Source of the DNA: an uncultured Candidatus Saccharibacteria bacterium
GTDB taxonomy: Bacteria; Patescibacteriota; Minisyncoccia; Phycocordibacterales; UBA918
Length of the DNA: 64,000 nucleotides
Direction: 5' to 3'
Assembly: GCA_964593375.1 (NCBI GenBank)
Contig: CAZQIF010000001.1
Location: forward strand, 98,185-162,184
This document shows positions 48,629 to 58,670 of this stretch, one piece after another. The position numbers were made by a program, and so were the translations under genes. A model generated the notes under the pieces. It saw only the letters and a list, made by a program, of their open reading frames with translations. It was not told the DNA's origin and did not search any database. How positions within the stretch are numbered: position 1 is the first letter of the stretch; each line of letters begins with the position of its first letter.

Positions 48629-49243
48629 TTACCCATAAAACTCAATCATGCGGTTTACCTTATCTTCAATACTCATCAGAGGGCCGAGACATTCACTGTA
48701 CTCGAGGGTTGCAGAGGCATTCTTCCAAAAATGAAACTTGTGTTTTGCATTGAGACCCGTAAGTCGCACGAGCACAATCGGGACATTCTCTGAAAAAAGA
48801 ACTTTGGCTCCCCGTTCAAAGTCGGCAACCATATCGGAATCACGCACGATCTTCCCTTCTGGAAAAAGGAGAATCGTATATCCCTGCCGAAGAAAGTCTC
48901 GTGTGAGGAGAAGACGTTGCATGCGCTCCATGACGGTATTTCCAATATTGTATCCACCAAAGAGCCGGATGAAAAATCCGAGTATGGGGCGTTCCATGTA
49001 GTCGGGTGTCACCGGATAACGGACAGGAACCACATTCGTCCAGTTTCGTATCCCGATGTGGTACGTAATGAGAAATGGGTCAATCTTGCTCTGGTGGTTC
49101 GCCACAATGAACGTACCATGTGTTATGCGTAGACCATCTGGACGTTTAACGGTAATCCGGAGAAGTCGCGTCAGCACAAAATTGACCGGTATGGTCATGT
49201 ACTGAATTGCAACAAACCAGCCCTTCATGAGAATCTTTTGCAT
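48629..49243 (-). CDS. Lysophospholipid acyltransferase (PlsC-like)
   Basis: NHQSKID (HxxxxD) and FPEG motifs. Confidence 0.88.
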   Translation of the reverse strand: MQKILMKGWFVAIQYMTIPVNFVLTRLLRITVKRPDGLRITHGTFIVANHQSKIDPFLITYHIGIRNWTNVVPVRYPVTPDYMERPILGFFIRLFGGYNIGNTVMERMQRLLLTRDFLRQGYTILLFPEGKIVRDSDMVADFERGAKVLFSENVPIVLVRLTGLNAKHKFHFWKNASATLEYSECLGPLMSIEDKVNRMIEFYG

Positions 49244-49304
49244 GGTTAATTGATAGCCAGTATAACACGCCATCAAAGCCCTTACTGATACTGTGTTTTA
49301 GTGT

Positions 49305-49787
49305 CTAGAGCAGTTGCCCAATAATCACCACATAGTTTTTGCCATACTTCTTCGCACATTTTGGACAAGTGGTATACCACATGAACATTTTTTTGACCGC
49401 CATTCCCTTCTCAGTGGTGAAGCGTTCAAAATCTTCCATCCATTTTCCGGTGTCTTTGAAATTGCCTTCATACACCTTACTAAAGAAGTTGCCACTCATG
49501 ACGACGTTTTCAGCATCTTCAACTTTGGTATCAACAGATATGTACAAATCCATATTCCACTTAGAAGTATGGTCTGAAAGCCACATAGCGTCCGCACCCA
49601 CAGTGCCCGTTTTTTCAATTTTTTCCTGACAACGCTTCATAACCCCGCCAAAGTTAACGGGCATATAGAAAAGCGTAAAGACTTTGTCTTTGATAAATTT
49701 CTTGTTGTTCCACGTAAATGTTTTATTGTCCCATGGTGCTGGATCAAATTTTAAGCAACATACTTCTTCTTTTTGTAGTGTTTCCAT
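49305..49787 (-). CDS. Conserved hypothetical protein (GyrI-like fold, often annotated 'hydrolase')
   Basis: CC.KFDP.PWD...; YTTCPKCAKKYGKNYVV. Confidence 0.7.
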   Translation of the reverse strand: METLQKEEVCCLKFDPAPWDNKTFTWNNKKFIKDKVFTLFYMPVNFGGVMKRCQEKIEKTGTVGADAMWLSDHTSKWNMDLYISVDTKVEDAENVVMSGNFFSKVYEGNFKDTGKWMEDFERFTTEKGMAVKKMFMWYTTCPKCAKKYGKNYVVIIGQLL

Positions 49788-49810
49788 TGTTGTATGGTTA
49801 TCTTATACCA

Positions 49811-50143
49811 TTACTTCTTTTTAACTTTTTTCTTTGGAAGCGGAACATGTAAAGCGGTAATACTGATGAGTTCACAAAGCCATTCGCGGTCTTCAATACT
49901 ATCTTCATCGATGCACATAGACACTTTCGCTCCATCGTACGCATAACCTTCTTTGTATCGTTCCCCGACAAACTCTCTCCCATCCTCAGTAATTCTTACG
50001 AATAGTGTATCGTCACAGACAAGTGCAACAACTCTCCCCTCGCAATACAGAGCATACTCACCAAACATTTTCCGTGCAGTAACACCCTCAATTTCTTGAA
50101 GTTGATCGAGTATGTAATCTACTGTTGCTTGACTGGTTGCCAT
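49811..50143 (-). CDS. TfoX/Sxy N-terminal domain protein
   Basis: RKMFGEYALY...ALVCDD.LFV. Confidence 0.9.
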   Translation of the reverse strand: MATSQATVDYILDQLQEIEGVTARKMFGEYALYCEGRVVALVCDDTLFVRITEDGREFVGERYKEGYAYDGAKVSMCIDEDSIEDREWLCELISITALHVPLPKKKVKKK

Positions 50144-50161
50144 ATACAACCATTATACGCC

Positions 50162-52570
50162 TTACTTCCCTGTTCCTTTATTGAGTTCTGCGCGCGTGAG
50201 TGGACCAACAAAACCGACAGCGGGGGTAATGTTGTGCAGTTTCTGGTACGCAATGACCGCCTCGCGCGTAATGGGGCCAAAATACCCTGTGTCGGTTGGA
50301 TACGTAAAGAGACCCAAAGTGCGCAAGTGCTTTTGCAGCTGGGTTACGTCGTTTCCTGACATACCGATATGAAGGTTCATCGTGAAGTTAAACGTACTCG
50401 CACCTAACACTTGACTAGGTGGTGGTACAACAGGTGCAGGTTGTACTATTTTTCGCTTGTGAGACTTTGAACCGGTTTGCGAATGAGACACTTCTTTCTC
50501 CTTCACCATTACTGTGCGGATGACCGGTATTGCTTCATTTCCTGCCGAGTCCTCGACTGTATAGGTAACGGTGTACGAACCGACCGTTGCGGTGTTTACG
50601 GTGTTTACAACATTTATTTTTGCAGTAATGCTTCCATCGACATCATCTTGCGCGGTTGCTCCAGCATCGCTGTACGAGTCGCCTACTGTCACCGAAACAG
50701 GATTATTTCCCAGAAGTGTTATTACTGGATTTGTCGTATCTTTCACAAAAACCGGAACACCTCTGAGATATGGGTATCCTCCATTTACACTTGCCTTCAC
50801 TGCCCAAATATCTTCAAAATTCCATCCGACAAAACTAGCCTGTTGTTTCATTTGTGCGGTTGTGAGACCGTTTGCGTCTGAGCACGACTCCGGCACATTC
50901 CAATCAGTACTTCCGCACATCTTTAGGTAACCTGATACTTCAGTATCCCAATATGAACCTGACTGGCTCCCTCTTTGATACTGCCAACCAATGAGTCCTC
51001 CGGAGCTCCCTGGTCCTATGAGTTGAACCGCTGCGTATGAATTTACGACATCACCATAGCTTATCCATTGTTCATTGATTCCCACAATACCACCGATATT
51101 TCCTCCGCTTGATGCCGTCATCTTCCCGAGGGCATAGCAGTTTTCGATGTGTCCTGAGTAGTTTTGACCTGCTATGAGTCCAGCCGGCCCGAGTTCACCA
51201 CTCATGGTAAGGTCTGCATAACTGCGAGAAATAATTCCTGAATTTTGTGAAGCAATGCCTCCACACTTTCCGTTACAGGTCATTACTCCTTGAATTGAGG
51301 TTTTTTCAATTGTTCCGTTGTGAAAGTTCACGATACCGCCACAGTACGTCGATGAGCAAAAAATGTTTGCATTTGTGAAGTTTACTCCAGTGATTTTTGC
51401 ACCAGAAGAAATGGTGTCGAAGATTCCTCTGTTGTTACTTTCTCTCGAAACCATTCGCAAGTTCTTAATGAGGTGGCCTTGGCCATCGAGTTGTCCACCA
51501 AATTCACCGATGGCAGTGAAGTTTGAGATTCCCGAGCAGTCAATGTCATTCTCAAGGCGATAAAACCATCCGGGATGTGCGCTGATATTTTGGAATTCTC
51601 CGCACGTGGTAATTGGTGAAGGATTACTTGCGGATGAACCAAGGCCGACATTATTTACCACGACAGTAACTGGATTCGTCGTACCAATATTATCAGCATT
51701 GTCTGTCATGACCGCAAAGAGCTTGTATGTGCCATCTAGAACTACCGTGGAATCCCAACTAAATGTGAATGAGGGCATGTAATCGTAACTATTCCAGTCT
51801 CTTTCATCGAGGGGCTTGCATGCAATCTCGGTTTCGGGGCTCGCAACTCCATATTTTAAGCATACGTCCTTAACAAGTGATTGATTATCTTCAGCATTAA
51901 CAAACACGTTAACGGTACCCTTAACTTGTCCGAGCGTTGATGGGTCATCGACACGACCAGTGGGAGCTGTCGTGTCAGAACAAATCTCAACTGGTCCTGG
52001 GCCGCCATATCCATCACAGTCATTATCAATACTATCGCCACATATTTCAGGGCCTGTATAAATGCACATATATTGGTCACAGGCGTTACCGATACCATCT
52101 TTGTCATCATCAAGCTGGTTTGGGTTACTTGTAAGTGGACAATTGTCTGCAACATCTCCCAAACGGTCACCATCAGAATCTTGTTGCTCTGGATTGTAGT
52201 GACTTGGTGCGTTGTCACATGGGTCCCCGACACCATCGTCGTCACCGTCTGCCTGACCTGAATTTGAAAGGTTTGGGCAGTTATCAACTACAGTTCCTAC
52301 GCCGTCTGCATCAGGATCTTCTTGACCTGGATTTGGATCATAGGGTGCGTTATCACATACAGAACCGATGCCATCCCCATCAGGGTCTGCTTGGTCTGCA
52401 TTTGCAACACTTGGACAGTTGTCGAGTGAATTTCCTACCCCATCGAGATCATTATCTTCAATAGGAACATCTGCATAAGCAATTGAAATAAAAAAGCTTG
52501 CACCAAGTAGTACTGTGGCAAGAAGCATCGCATATTCACGAGCGTGAATAGACCTTATGAAAAAATTCAT
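50162..52570 (-). CDS. Multi-domain cell-surface protein (thrombospondin type-3 repeats, Ig-like, GLUG-like beta-helix, DUF5011-like Ig, peptidoglycan-binding domain)
   Basis: Signal peptide; about 6 DxDxDG.G..CDN/CP repeats; D.GATA.D.VDG; C-terminal DV..LQ..L...TGYFGPIT..AV..YQ. Confidence 0.85.
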   Translation of the reverse strand: MNFFIRSIHAREYAMLLATVLLGASFFISIAYADVPIEDNDLDGVGNSLDNCPSVANADQADPDGDGIGSVCDNAPYDPNPGQEDPDADGVGTVVDNCPNLSNSGQADGDDDGVGDPCDNAPSHYNPEQQDSDGDRLGDVADNCPLTSNPNQLDDDKDGIGNACDQYMCIYTGPEICGDSIDNDCDGYGGPGPVEICSDTTAPTGRVDDPSTLGQVKGTVNVFVNAEDNQSLVKDVCLKYGVASPETEIACKPLDERDWNSYDYMPSFTFSWDSTVVLDGTYKLFAVMTDNADNIGTTNPVTVVVNNVGLGSSASNPSPITTCGEFQNISAHPGWFYRLENDIDCSGISNFTAIGEFGGQLDGQGHLIKNLRMVSRESNNRGIFDTISSGAKITGVNFTNANIFCSSTYCGGIVNFHNGTIEKTSIQGVMTCNGKCGGIASQNSGIISRSYADLTMSGELGPAGLIAGQNYSGHIENCYALGKMTASSGGNIGGIVGINEQWISYGDVVNSYAAVQLIGPGSSGGLIGWQYQRGSQSGSYWDTEVSGYLKMCGSTDWNVPESCSDANGLTTAQMKQQASFVGWNFEDIWAVKASVNGGYPYLRGVPVFVKDTTNPVITLLGNNPVSVTVGDSYSDAGATAQDDVDGSITAKINVVNTVNTATVGSYTVTYTVEDSAGNEAIPVIRTVMVKEKEVSHSQTGSKSHKRKIVQPAPVVPPPSQVLGASTFNFTMNLHIGMSGNDVTQLQKHLRTLGLFTYPTDTGYFGPITREAVIAYQKLHNITPAVGFVGPLTRAELNKGTGK

Positions 52571-52729
52571 AAAATTGAGATTAAAATTATGTAATACGTA
52601 TAGACATCTATCTATATGTCAATAATAGTACTCCCCGCAATACGGGTGTCAATAAATATTTTAGTTTGATGTATTAAAAGGGGCCGGATGCGCGATGCGC
52701 ATCCGGCCTTTGTTGGAACGGGGAACGAA

Positions 52730-52978
52730 CTAGTAGTGGTTATTCGAGCAACTGGGATCTGCACACACATAGTGCGGGAGTCCCGCATGCTCATTTTCAC
52801 CATTTCTGGATGGGATGCTTGGGTTCGTGGCATAAAACACATTGACTTTGATCATTTTTATACCACAATGCCTTGGATTGCCGTTTTGGTGTGTTGGAAC
52901 CGATACACGGAAGCAGCCCGGACGAGCCTTTCTCACCAAACTCACGATTTCGGAGTTGGCTTTGCGAACATGTAGCAT
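52730..52978 (-). CDS. Small hypothetical Cys/His protein
   Basis: AGGAG RBS 8 nt before ATG; downstream hairpin ggccggatgcgc-gat-gcgcatccggcc (52682-52708). Confidence 0.55.
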   Translation of the reverse strand: MLHVRKANSEIVSLVRKARPGCFRVSVPTHQNGNPRHCGIKMIKVNVFYATNPSIPSRNGENEHAGLPHYVCADPSCSNNHY

Positions 52979-53048
52979 GTACTTTTCTCCTGTTAATTAC
53001 GGAAAATTCCGGTGCTTTTATACAATTTTTTCATTTAAATGTCAATTG

Positions 53049-54084
53049 GGAGTATAGAAACATTTAGGGTGCTTTTATGAACCTTTGAGTAACTCTGAGA
53101 TAACTTTAAATCGTCTATCTTTTCGAAGTCCATGATGTTGCGCAACTTTCTTTTTGAGGCCGGCAAAATATCCATCAATAGTATTTGTAGTGTTGGGAAT
53201 ATTAAGTTCAGGGTATCGCTGATAGGTGAACAAATGGGGAAGATTTGTTGCGAGTGAACGATACGCACTCCGTACGTTCTTGTGTGTGTAGTACCAATGC
53301 TTGGTACCAAGAACATACGTCTTCTCAGTAATGAAGGAACGGTACTGCTTCTCCCAGAGGGTAAGTGCAGTGGTAAAGACCTCTTCGGTAGTGTGTGGCA
53401 AGGTGAGCATGAGCGTGCGAAGGTCTTGTCCTGCTTGTGTTTCAGGTTTTCTCGTAAGGTACTTCGTCACCGTCTTCATCTGGTGGAAGTGACATACTTG
53501 TACTGGTATGTCTTTAAAGACGGTGGCTAAGCCACGCCGTCCGTCAATAACCGCAGCGGTGAAGATCCACCCACGTGACTCGAGTATTTTTCGTCCGTAG
53601 TGGTAGTGTGCCATGATTTCACTTGATACTTCACCCCACCAAAGATTCTTGTGGAGTGTCCACGATCTAAACACACAGACACCATATAGACGTCCCCAGA
53701 ACGTAGTGTCTGCGACGATGATAGTGGCTTGGGGTATGAGGTCGGTCTGTGTGACCGCATGGGCATCAAGTTGTTTGCGTACCCACACATGACTCTTCCC
53801 GTATGTATGAGCAAGTTCATTGAGTGTTTGCTTGCCGTGAGTGTATGCGTGCCAAAGCTTTTCTGGTATTCCTGTGTCTCTCTTTTTATATTGAAATCGA
53901 TACCCGCACACACCGCACTGATATCGTTGCACACGATTGCGTGTTCCATTCTTTTTAACGGTTATTGCACTGCATTTGGAGCAAATCCGCTGTTTTTTTA
54001 TGCAGTGTCATAAATTATTCAACTTTTATAATTAAATAGAGCCGTACTATAGCAAAAATAGCACCCCAAATGTTTCTTTAGCTC
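53049..54084 (-). mobile_element. Insertion sequence, IS256/Mutator-like with N-terminal Zn ribbon
   Basis: Terminal inverted repeat core gaaacatt(a/g)gggtgc at 53057-53072 and 54061-54076 encloses a DDE transposase; exact ends uncertain. Confidence 0.8.
53075..54011 (-). CDS. DDE transposase with frame discontinuity at A7 near the start
   Basis: ADTT...IDG...CxFH...NTTN..DG; upstream frame encodes CSKC...KKNG...QRYQC..C; ATG 54011 is out of frame by one base. Confidence 0.8.
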
Positions 54085-54242
54085 ACAAATTGATTCTACG
54101 CAACAAAAAACCACCGGCTACTCACCCAGAGGTTTTTTGTTCGTAAGACTCGAGTGAATACTTTGGCCACAAAGTATTGCTTGAGCGATTACTATCTTTC
54201 TTCACATTGAACTACACTGTTGCCGTCCATATTTTCTGTTCA

Positions 54243-54833
54243 TTACAAGCAAGGTGCACATTGCGCATTTCTTTTAAGCTCTTCGATTTCTCCTTTGAGT
54301 ATTTCCATATGGGCAACAATTTTTTGTGTTTGTTCAGTCATCTTTACTTCAAATTGATTCGTGTGTCGGGCGAGTGTTTCAGCTACACTGATCATTTCGG
54401 TGATGTCTTCCATGGCAAGCAGAATAATCGGAGGAAAGACTTCTATCGAGGTATCTTTGCGGTGAATCTGACGTGCGTTAAGGATAATCACTTTCCTTCC
54501 AATTGACGGGAAATCGTGCGTGACTTCAAAACCCTTAAAAAATGTATTATGCGGGAGTATATCTTCTAACAGTTTTCGTAGCTGTGGAATATCCCACTGA
54601 CCATTCCCGAGTTCATACACAACCTTTCCTTCCGTGTCATCTGGATCAACTTGAAACGTACGGTAAAACGGTTCATTTGCAGCCATCACACAGAGATTTT
54701 TGTTGAGAATAAGTACAGGCTCACGCACAACATCAACCACTGTTTTAATGTATGTCCAACTTTCACCCCAGAGTGCCCCAAAATACCCTGCTTCGGATTT
54801 TAGATTAGGTGTATCCTCTTTAAGTGTTTTCAT
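54243..54833 (-). CDS. Stand-alone PAS domain protein
   Basis: VREPVLIL...V.AAN..FY..F, LGNGQWDIP.LR.LLE.ILP, LNAR (PAS type seen in CheR/kinase fusions). Confidence 0.85.
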   Translation of the reverse strand: MKTLKEDTPNLKSEAGYFGALWGESWTYIKTVVDVVREPVLILNKNLCVMAANEPFYRTFQVDPDDTEGKVVYELGNGQWDIPQLRKLLEDILPHNTFFKGFEVTHDFPSIGRKVIILNARQIHRKDTSIEVFPPIILLAMEDITEMISVAETLARHTNQFEVKMTEQTQKIVAHMEILKGEIEELKRNAQCAPCL

Positions 54834-54947
54834 ATATTCATTGCCGTAATAGTGAATATATTATTGCAAATTTTTTGTATATACTTTCATATTCTGTAAC
54901 TAGCAAAGAACCGCACAATGATTCACATCATTCAGTGAGGATTGATT

Positions 54948-56885
54948 TTAGTTGTGACCAAAATATCGTGGGAAAAGTGGTGGCATACCATCTTGAGTAC
55001 TTCCATCAGTTTCTATAGGAACCTGCGCAACTGACTCTGGCCACGGAAGTGGGAGATTACCCGTAAACGGCACATCTCCGAAAAGCACATCAGCAACTCC
55101 CTGTCCTTCACTCCCGGGAAGCCATGCCATAACGAGCGCATCCCATGATGGAACTTCGTCAGTAATGATGAGCGGTCGACCAGAAACGAGAATGACGATT
55201 ACCTTTTTGCATACAGATTTTAGTTGTCGAATTGTATTTAAATCGGGAGGACTGAGGGTTGGATTTGCATTATCACCCCACCCTTCTGCGTATGGTGCTT
55301 CACCAACAACTGCAATACCTAAATCAGCGAGTGGTGTTGTGGTACTGAAATTTCCATTTTGGTTATATTCGACAAGAACATTTTTTCCGGCGCGTGCCTT
55401 AATGCCAGAGAGAATCGAGGTGCTCTGAGGAAGCCAGTTGCCATCTATCCCCTGCCACTCAACCGTCCACGCGCCGGACTGTCTTCCAACATTATCTGCA
55501 GAACTCCCCGCAACGCGAATAGTGCGCACATTTTGTTTAATGGGCAAAATGTTTTCATCGTCTTTAAGCAGTACAAGTGATTTTTGGACTGCTTCACGTG
55601 CAAGTGCCCTATGTGCATCTCCACCAACGACACCTCCTGCAATATCGCCACTTCGCGGTTCGTCAAAAAGTCCGACTGCAAACTTAGCGCGAAGAATTCT
55701 GCGCACCGCATCATTAATACGCTCTTCTTTAACTTCACCACGTGATACAGCGCGTGACACATTCGCTATAAATGTTTGGTAATCAAACGGAAGCATGACC
55801 ATATCAACGCCCGCATTGATTGCAGTCACTGCTGCTCTGTATTCGCCTCCGGAGATTTCGTACACGCCATACCAATCTGAGACCACAAAGCCTTGAAACT
55901 TAAGTTCACCCTTGAGTACGTCGGTAATGAGATACTTTTCAGCACTCAGTTTTGTATTACCCCAACTATTGAGTCCAACCATGACACTCCCTGCACCGGC
56001 CAGAACTGCTGCTTTAAACGGCGGAAGATATTCTTGTTTGAGTGCATTTTCATTCACTTCTGTGGTTCCTTGGTCAATATGGAAATTCTTATTACTTGAG
56101 GTGTCCCACGCCATACTTCCCACACCAACATAGTGCTTTAAGGTGCTCAGTACTCTCAACGTTGAACTCCCATTATCTGAATTCTGAAGTCCTCGGACAT
56201 ATGCCGAGCCAAGCTTCGCAACAAGCGTTGGGTCATCAGAGAATGTTTCATAGGTTCTTCCCCAACGAATATCTTGCGGCATATCAAGTGTCGGCGAATA
56301 GCTCCAGTAAATTCCGGTCGCCATGAGTTCTTGTCCTGTTGCTCGAGCAACACGCTCAACAAGTTTTTCGTCTCCCGTCGCGCCGAGTCCTATCATGTGC
56401 GGAAAAATGGTTGCCTCGGTGAGATTTGAATGACCATGAATCGCATCAATGCCGTACAAGATTGGAATACCAAGACGACTCTGAAGCGACTTTTCTCTAA
56501 AGCTCGTAATCATTTCACGCCAACCCTTCACGTTGTTTTCTGTTGGTTTTGCGCCCATACCACTCAGCATTGCACCGATACCGTATGTGGTTATGTCGTC
56601 AAGAATGTGCACACTGTTTTTCTCTACAAGTACCATTTGAGCAATCTTTTCCCTAAGCGACATACGCGAGAGCAAATCCTCGACTCTGTTGTCGTCTGTG
56701 TGCGCTCCACTTCGATACAGTGCATCTTGTGGTGGCACCTCAAGCATTACCACCGGAACTATTGTTGGTGTTCTGAAATACGTTACTACAATGAATATGC
56801 TGAGAGCTAAAAAAATGACACCTACGACGAGTATGACGGGGCGCCATTTTTTAGATTTCATTTTTAGCTTTTTCACTCGTGACAT
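54948..56885 (-). CDS. Glycoside hydrolase family 3 (beta-glucosidase/exo-glucanase), membrane-anchored
   Basis: DAIHGH, RWGRTYE, KHYVG, GFVVSDW and GE.PYAE motifs. Confidence 0.95.
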   Translation of the reverse strand: MSRVKKLKMKSKKWRPVILVVGVIFLALSIFIVVTYFRTPTIVPVVMLEVPPQDALYRSGAHTDDNRVEDLLSRMSLREKIAQMVLVEKNSVHILDDITTYGIGAMLSGMGAKPTENNVKGWREMITSFREKSLQSRLGIPILYGIDAIHGHSNLTEATIFPHMIGLGATGDEKLVERVARATGQELMATGIYWSYSPTLDMPQDIRWGRTYETFSDDPTLVAKLGSAYVRGLQNSDNGSSTLRVLSTLKHYVGVGSMAWDTSSNKNFHIDQGTTEVNENALKQEYLPPFKAAVLAGAGSVMVGLNSWGNTKLSAEKYLITDVLKGELKFQGFVVSDWYGVYEISGGEYRAAVTAINAGVDMVMLPFDYQTFIANVSRAVSRGEVKEERINDAVRRILRAKFAVGLFDEPRSGDIAGGVVGGDAHRALAREAVQKSLVLLKDDENILPIKQNVRTIRVAGSSADNVGRQSGAWTVEWQGIDGNWLPQSTSILSGIKARAGKNVLVEYNQNGNFSTTTPLADLGIAVVGEAPYAEGWGDNANPTLSPPDLNTIRQLKSVCKKVIVILVSGRPLIITDEVPSWDALVMAWLPGSEGQGVADVLFGDVPFTGNLPLPWPESVAQVPIETDGSTQDGMPPLFPRYFGHN

Positions 56886-56922
56886 CTTCCTACTATTGTA
56901 GCAAGCGAAAATCGAGATATCA

Positions 56923-57351
56923 CTAGTTTATGCATGATTTAGCCTTGAAAAAGTCCATAGCACTCGGCGTAGCCCCTGCTTTAATTTCGGCTACGCGCGC
57001 TACTCCGAGCTTCCCTTCGAAACAGGTAACCTGCGATGGACTAATTGATGCAGGAATAGTCGAAGGATCAATACCAAGTGCACTCAGTGCTGATTTTTGG
57101 GAGTCTGAGAGGTTAATGGGGATACTTTCTGATGCAGAGGTTGAAGTGGTGGTAGTTGTTCCAGTATTTGTATGTGTGTTTGTTGGCGTAACCGTTGTTA
57201 CCTCTGCTTTTGGTGTCCCTGATGAAAATGGTGTTGACATCATGCCAAGCGAGATAGCGAGATAGAATCCTATCCCCACAAGAATAAGTGCAAGAAAAAT
57301 TATACCGAGCGAAATGAAAGTGATTGAAACTGGTTTATTCATAGTACCCAT
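56923..57351 (-). CDS. Hypothetical membrane-anchored protein
   Basis: N-terminal TM, Thr-rich linker, two Cys. Confidence 0.75.
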   Translation of the reverse strand: MGTMNKPVSITFISLGIIFLALILVGIGFYLAISLGMMSTPFSSGTPKAEVTTVTPTNTHTNTGTTTTTSTSASESIPINLSDSQKSALSALGIDPSTIPASISPSQVTCFEGKLGVARVAEIKAGATPSAMDFFKAKSCIN

Positions 57352-57707
57352 AGAGCCGTTCTTTAATGGAAATCATTTCACATAGCTGTTTTCTTCTGAA
57401 AAGGTAGTATTTAAAAAAATTATTGAACTTTTGAAGTGAGTTATGAACCAACCACATGCGGTTGAATGAGCTGAAAAATAAATCCAAGTGTTCCGAGAAT
57501 AAACGTAGCAATTGCAAACACAATGATGCTTGCGGTTGCACTTCCATCTTTGAATATTTTTCTGAATATCGTGTATGAAAGTCCAGATTCGAGTATAGTT
57601 TGTTGTTTCATATAAATAAATATTACTTGTATAAACCTTCACACTTTTCCCATAGCGTGAGAATGAAGCGAGCTTTTAAATACCTTCCTCAAACTTTTCT
57701 TGTTCAT

Positions 57708-57953
57708 CTAACGAAGCGCTTTCACGATTGCAATGAGTACTACTGCCCCAAAAAGTGCAACAATGAAGCTGTAGAGATTAAAACCACTCACTCCCCCCTG
57801 TCCCATAACACTCATGAGCCAACCACCCACAACTGCACCAACAATGCCAATTACAATATTGAGTATTGCTCCTTGCTGTCCGTCTGTTTTCATGATGAGC
57901 GATGCAATCCAACCGACGAGCGCACCAAAGACAATCCATAAAATGAATCCCAT
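57708..57953 (-). CDS. GlsB/YeaQ/YmgE family stress-response membrane protein
   Basis: WIVFG.LVGWIAS..M...NIVIGIVGAVVGG. Confidence 0.93.
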   Translation of the reverse strand: MGFILWIVFGALVGWIASLIMKTDGQQGAILNIVIGIVGAVVGGWLMSVMGQGGVSGFNLYSFIVALFGAVVLIAIVKALR

Positions 57954-57997
57954 ATAAATATGTATTAGGTTTTTATAACGTTAGTAACGTTTGTACA

Positions 57998-58357
57998 TCA
58001 CACCCCTTCTTGTTCATTAAGTTTAATCGCAGCCTCTTTTGTTGAAACACTTTTGCTCATGAGAAGTAACTCAGTAATTCCAAGTGCAATAAGCCAGTAC
58101 ACAAACATAGCGAGAAGCGTTGTCCACTCAAAGACATTCCCCTCCACTTGTGAGACGCGGAAGACTGAAATAAATGGAGCGACGAGTGGCGAAGAAATAC
58201 TGTAGACAAACTCAGTGAAACCTGCGTTTGGATTTCCTGCAAACAGCTTAAGGAAAAATCTGAACATGAGTAATACTTCGAGCACTCCGAATATGTACCA
58301 CAGAATCTGCGTCGCCCTAAAGATTGGCTTGGTCGTTTGTGAGTTGTATGAATCCAT
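57998..58357 (-). CDS. YggT family membrane protein
   Basis: RF.LKL...N....F..FVY..S.PLVAPF. Confidence 0.8.
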   Translation of the reverse strand: MDSYNSQTTKPIFRATQILWYIFGVLEVLLMFRFFLKLFAGNPNAGFTEFVYSISSPLVAPFISVFRVSQVEGNVFEWTTLLAMFVYWLIALGITELLLMSKSVSTKEAAIKLNEQEGV

Positions 58358-58670
58358 ATACGCTATGCCGATAGTCTCAGTGAATCATTACACTTCTCCC
58401 GCTTACCTTATTTCTGTGGTATAGTTGGTATTCAAGCATAACTCACCGCAGTCACCATATTGTCACCACACTGCAACAAAGCCAGAACCTACGCATCCAA
58501 ATGAGGGCTTATTACAAATAGATTTTTGAAACCCGTACGGGGTTTGTAATATGTTTGTAACGAATCCTGTTTCGTACGGCTTTATATACATAGGTACTCC
58601 TACTGGAGGCGGGCTAGAAAGTCTCAATAGAATTCGGTACTACGATATTACTCATTAGTACCGACCACAT

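Noticed and set aside
57373-57642. 89-aa minus-strand ORF
   Set aside because: AT-rich with atypical composition and no motif; cannot be supported as a gene.
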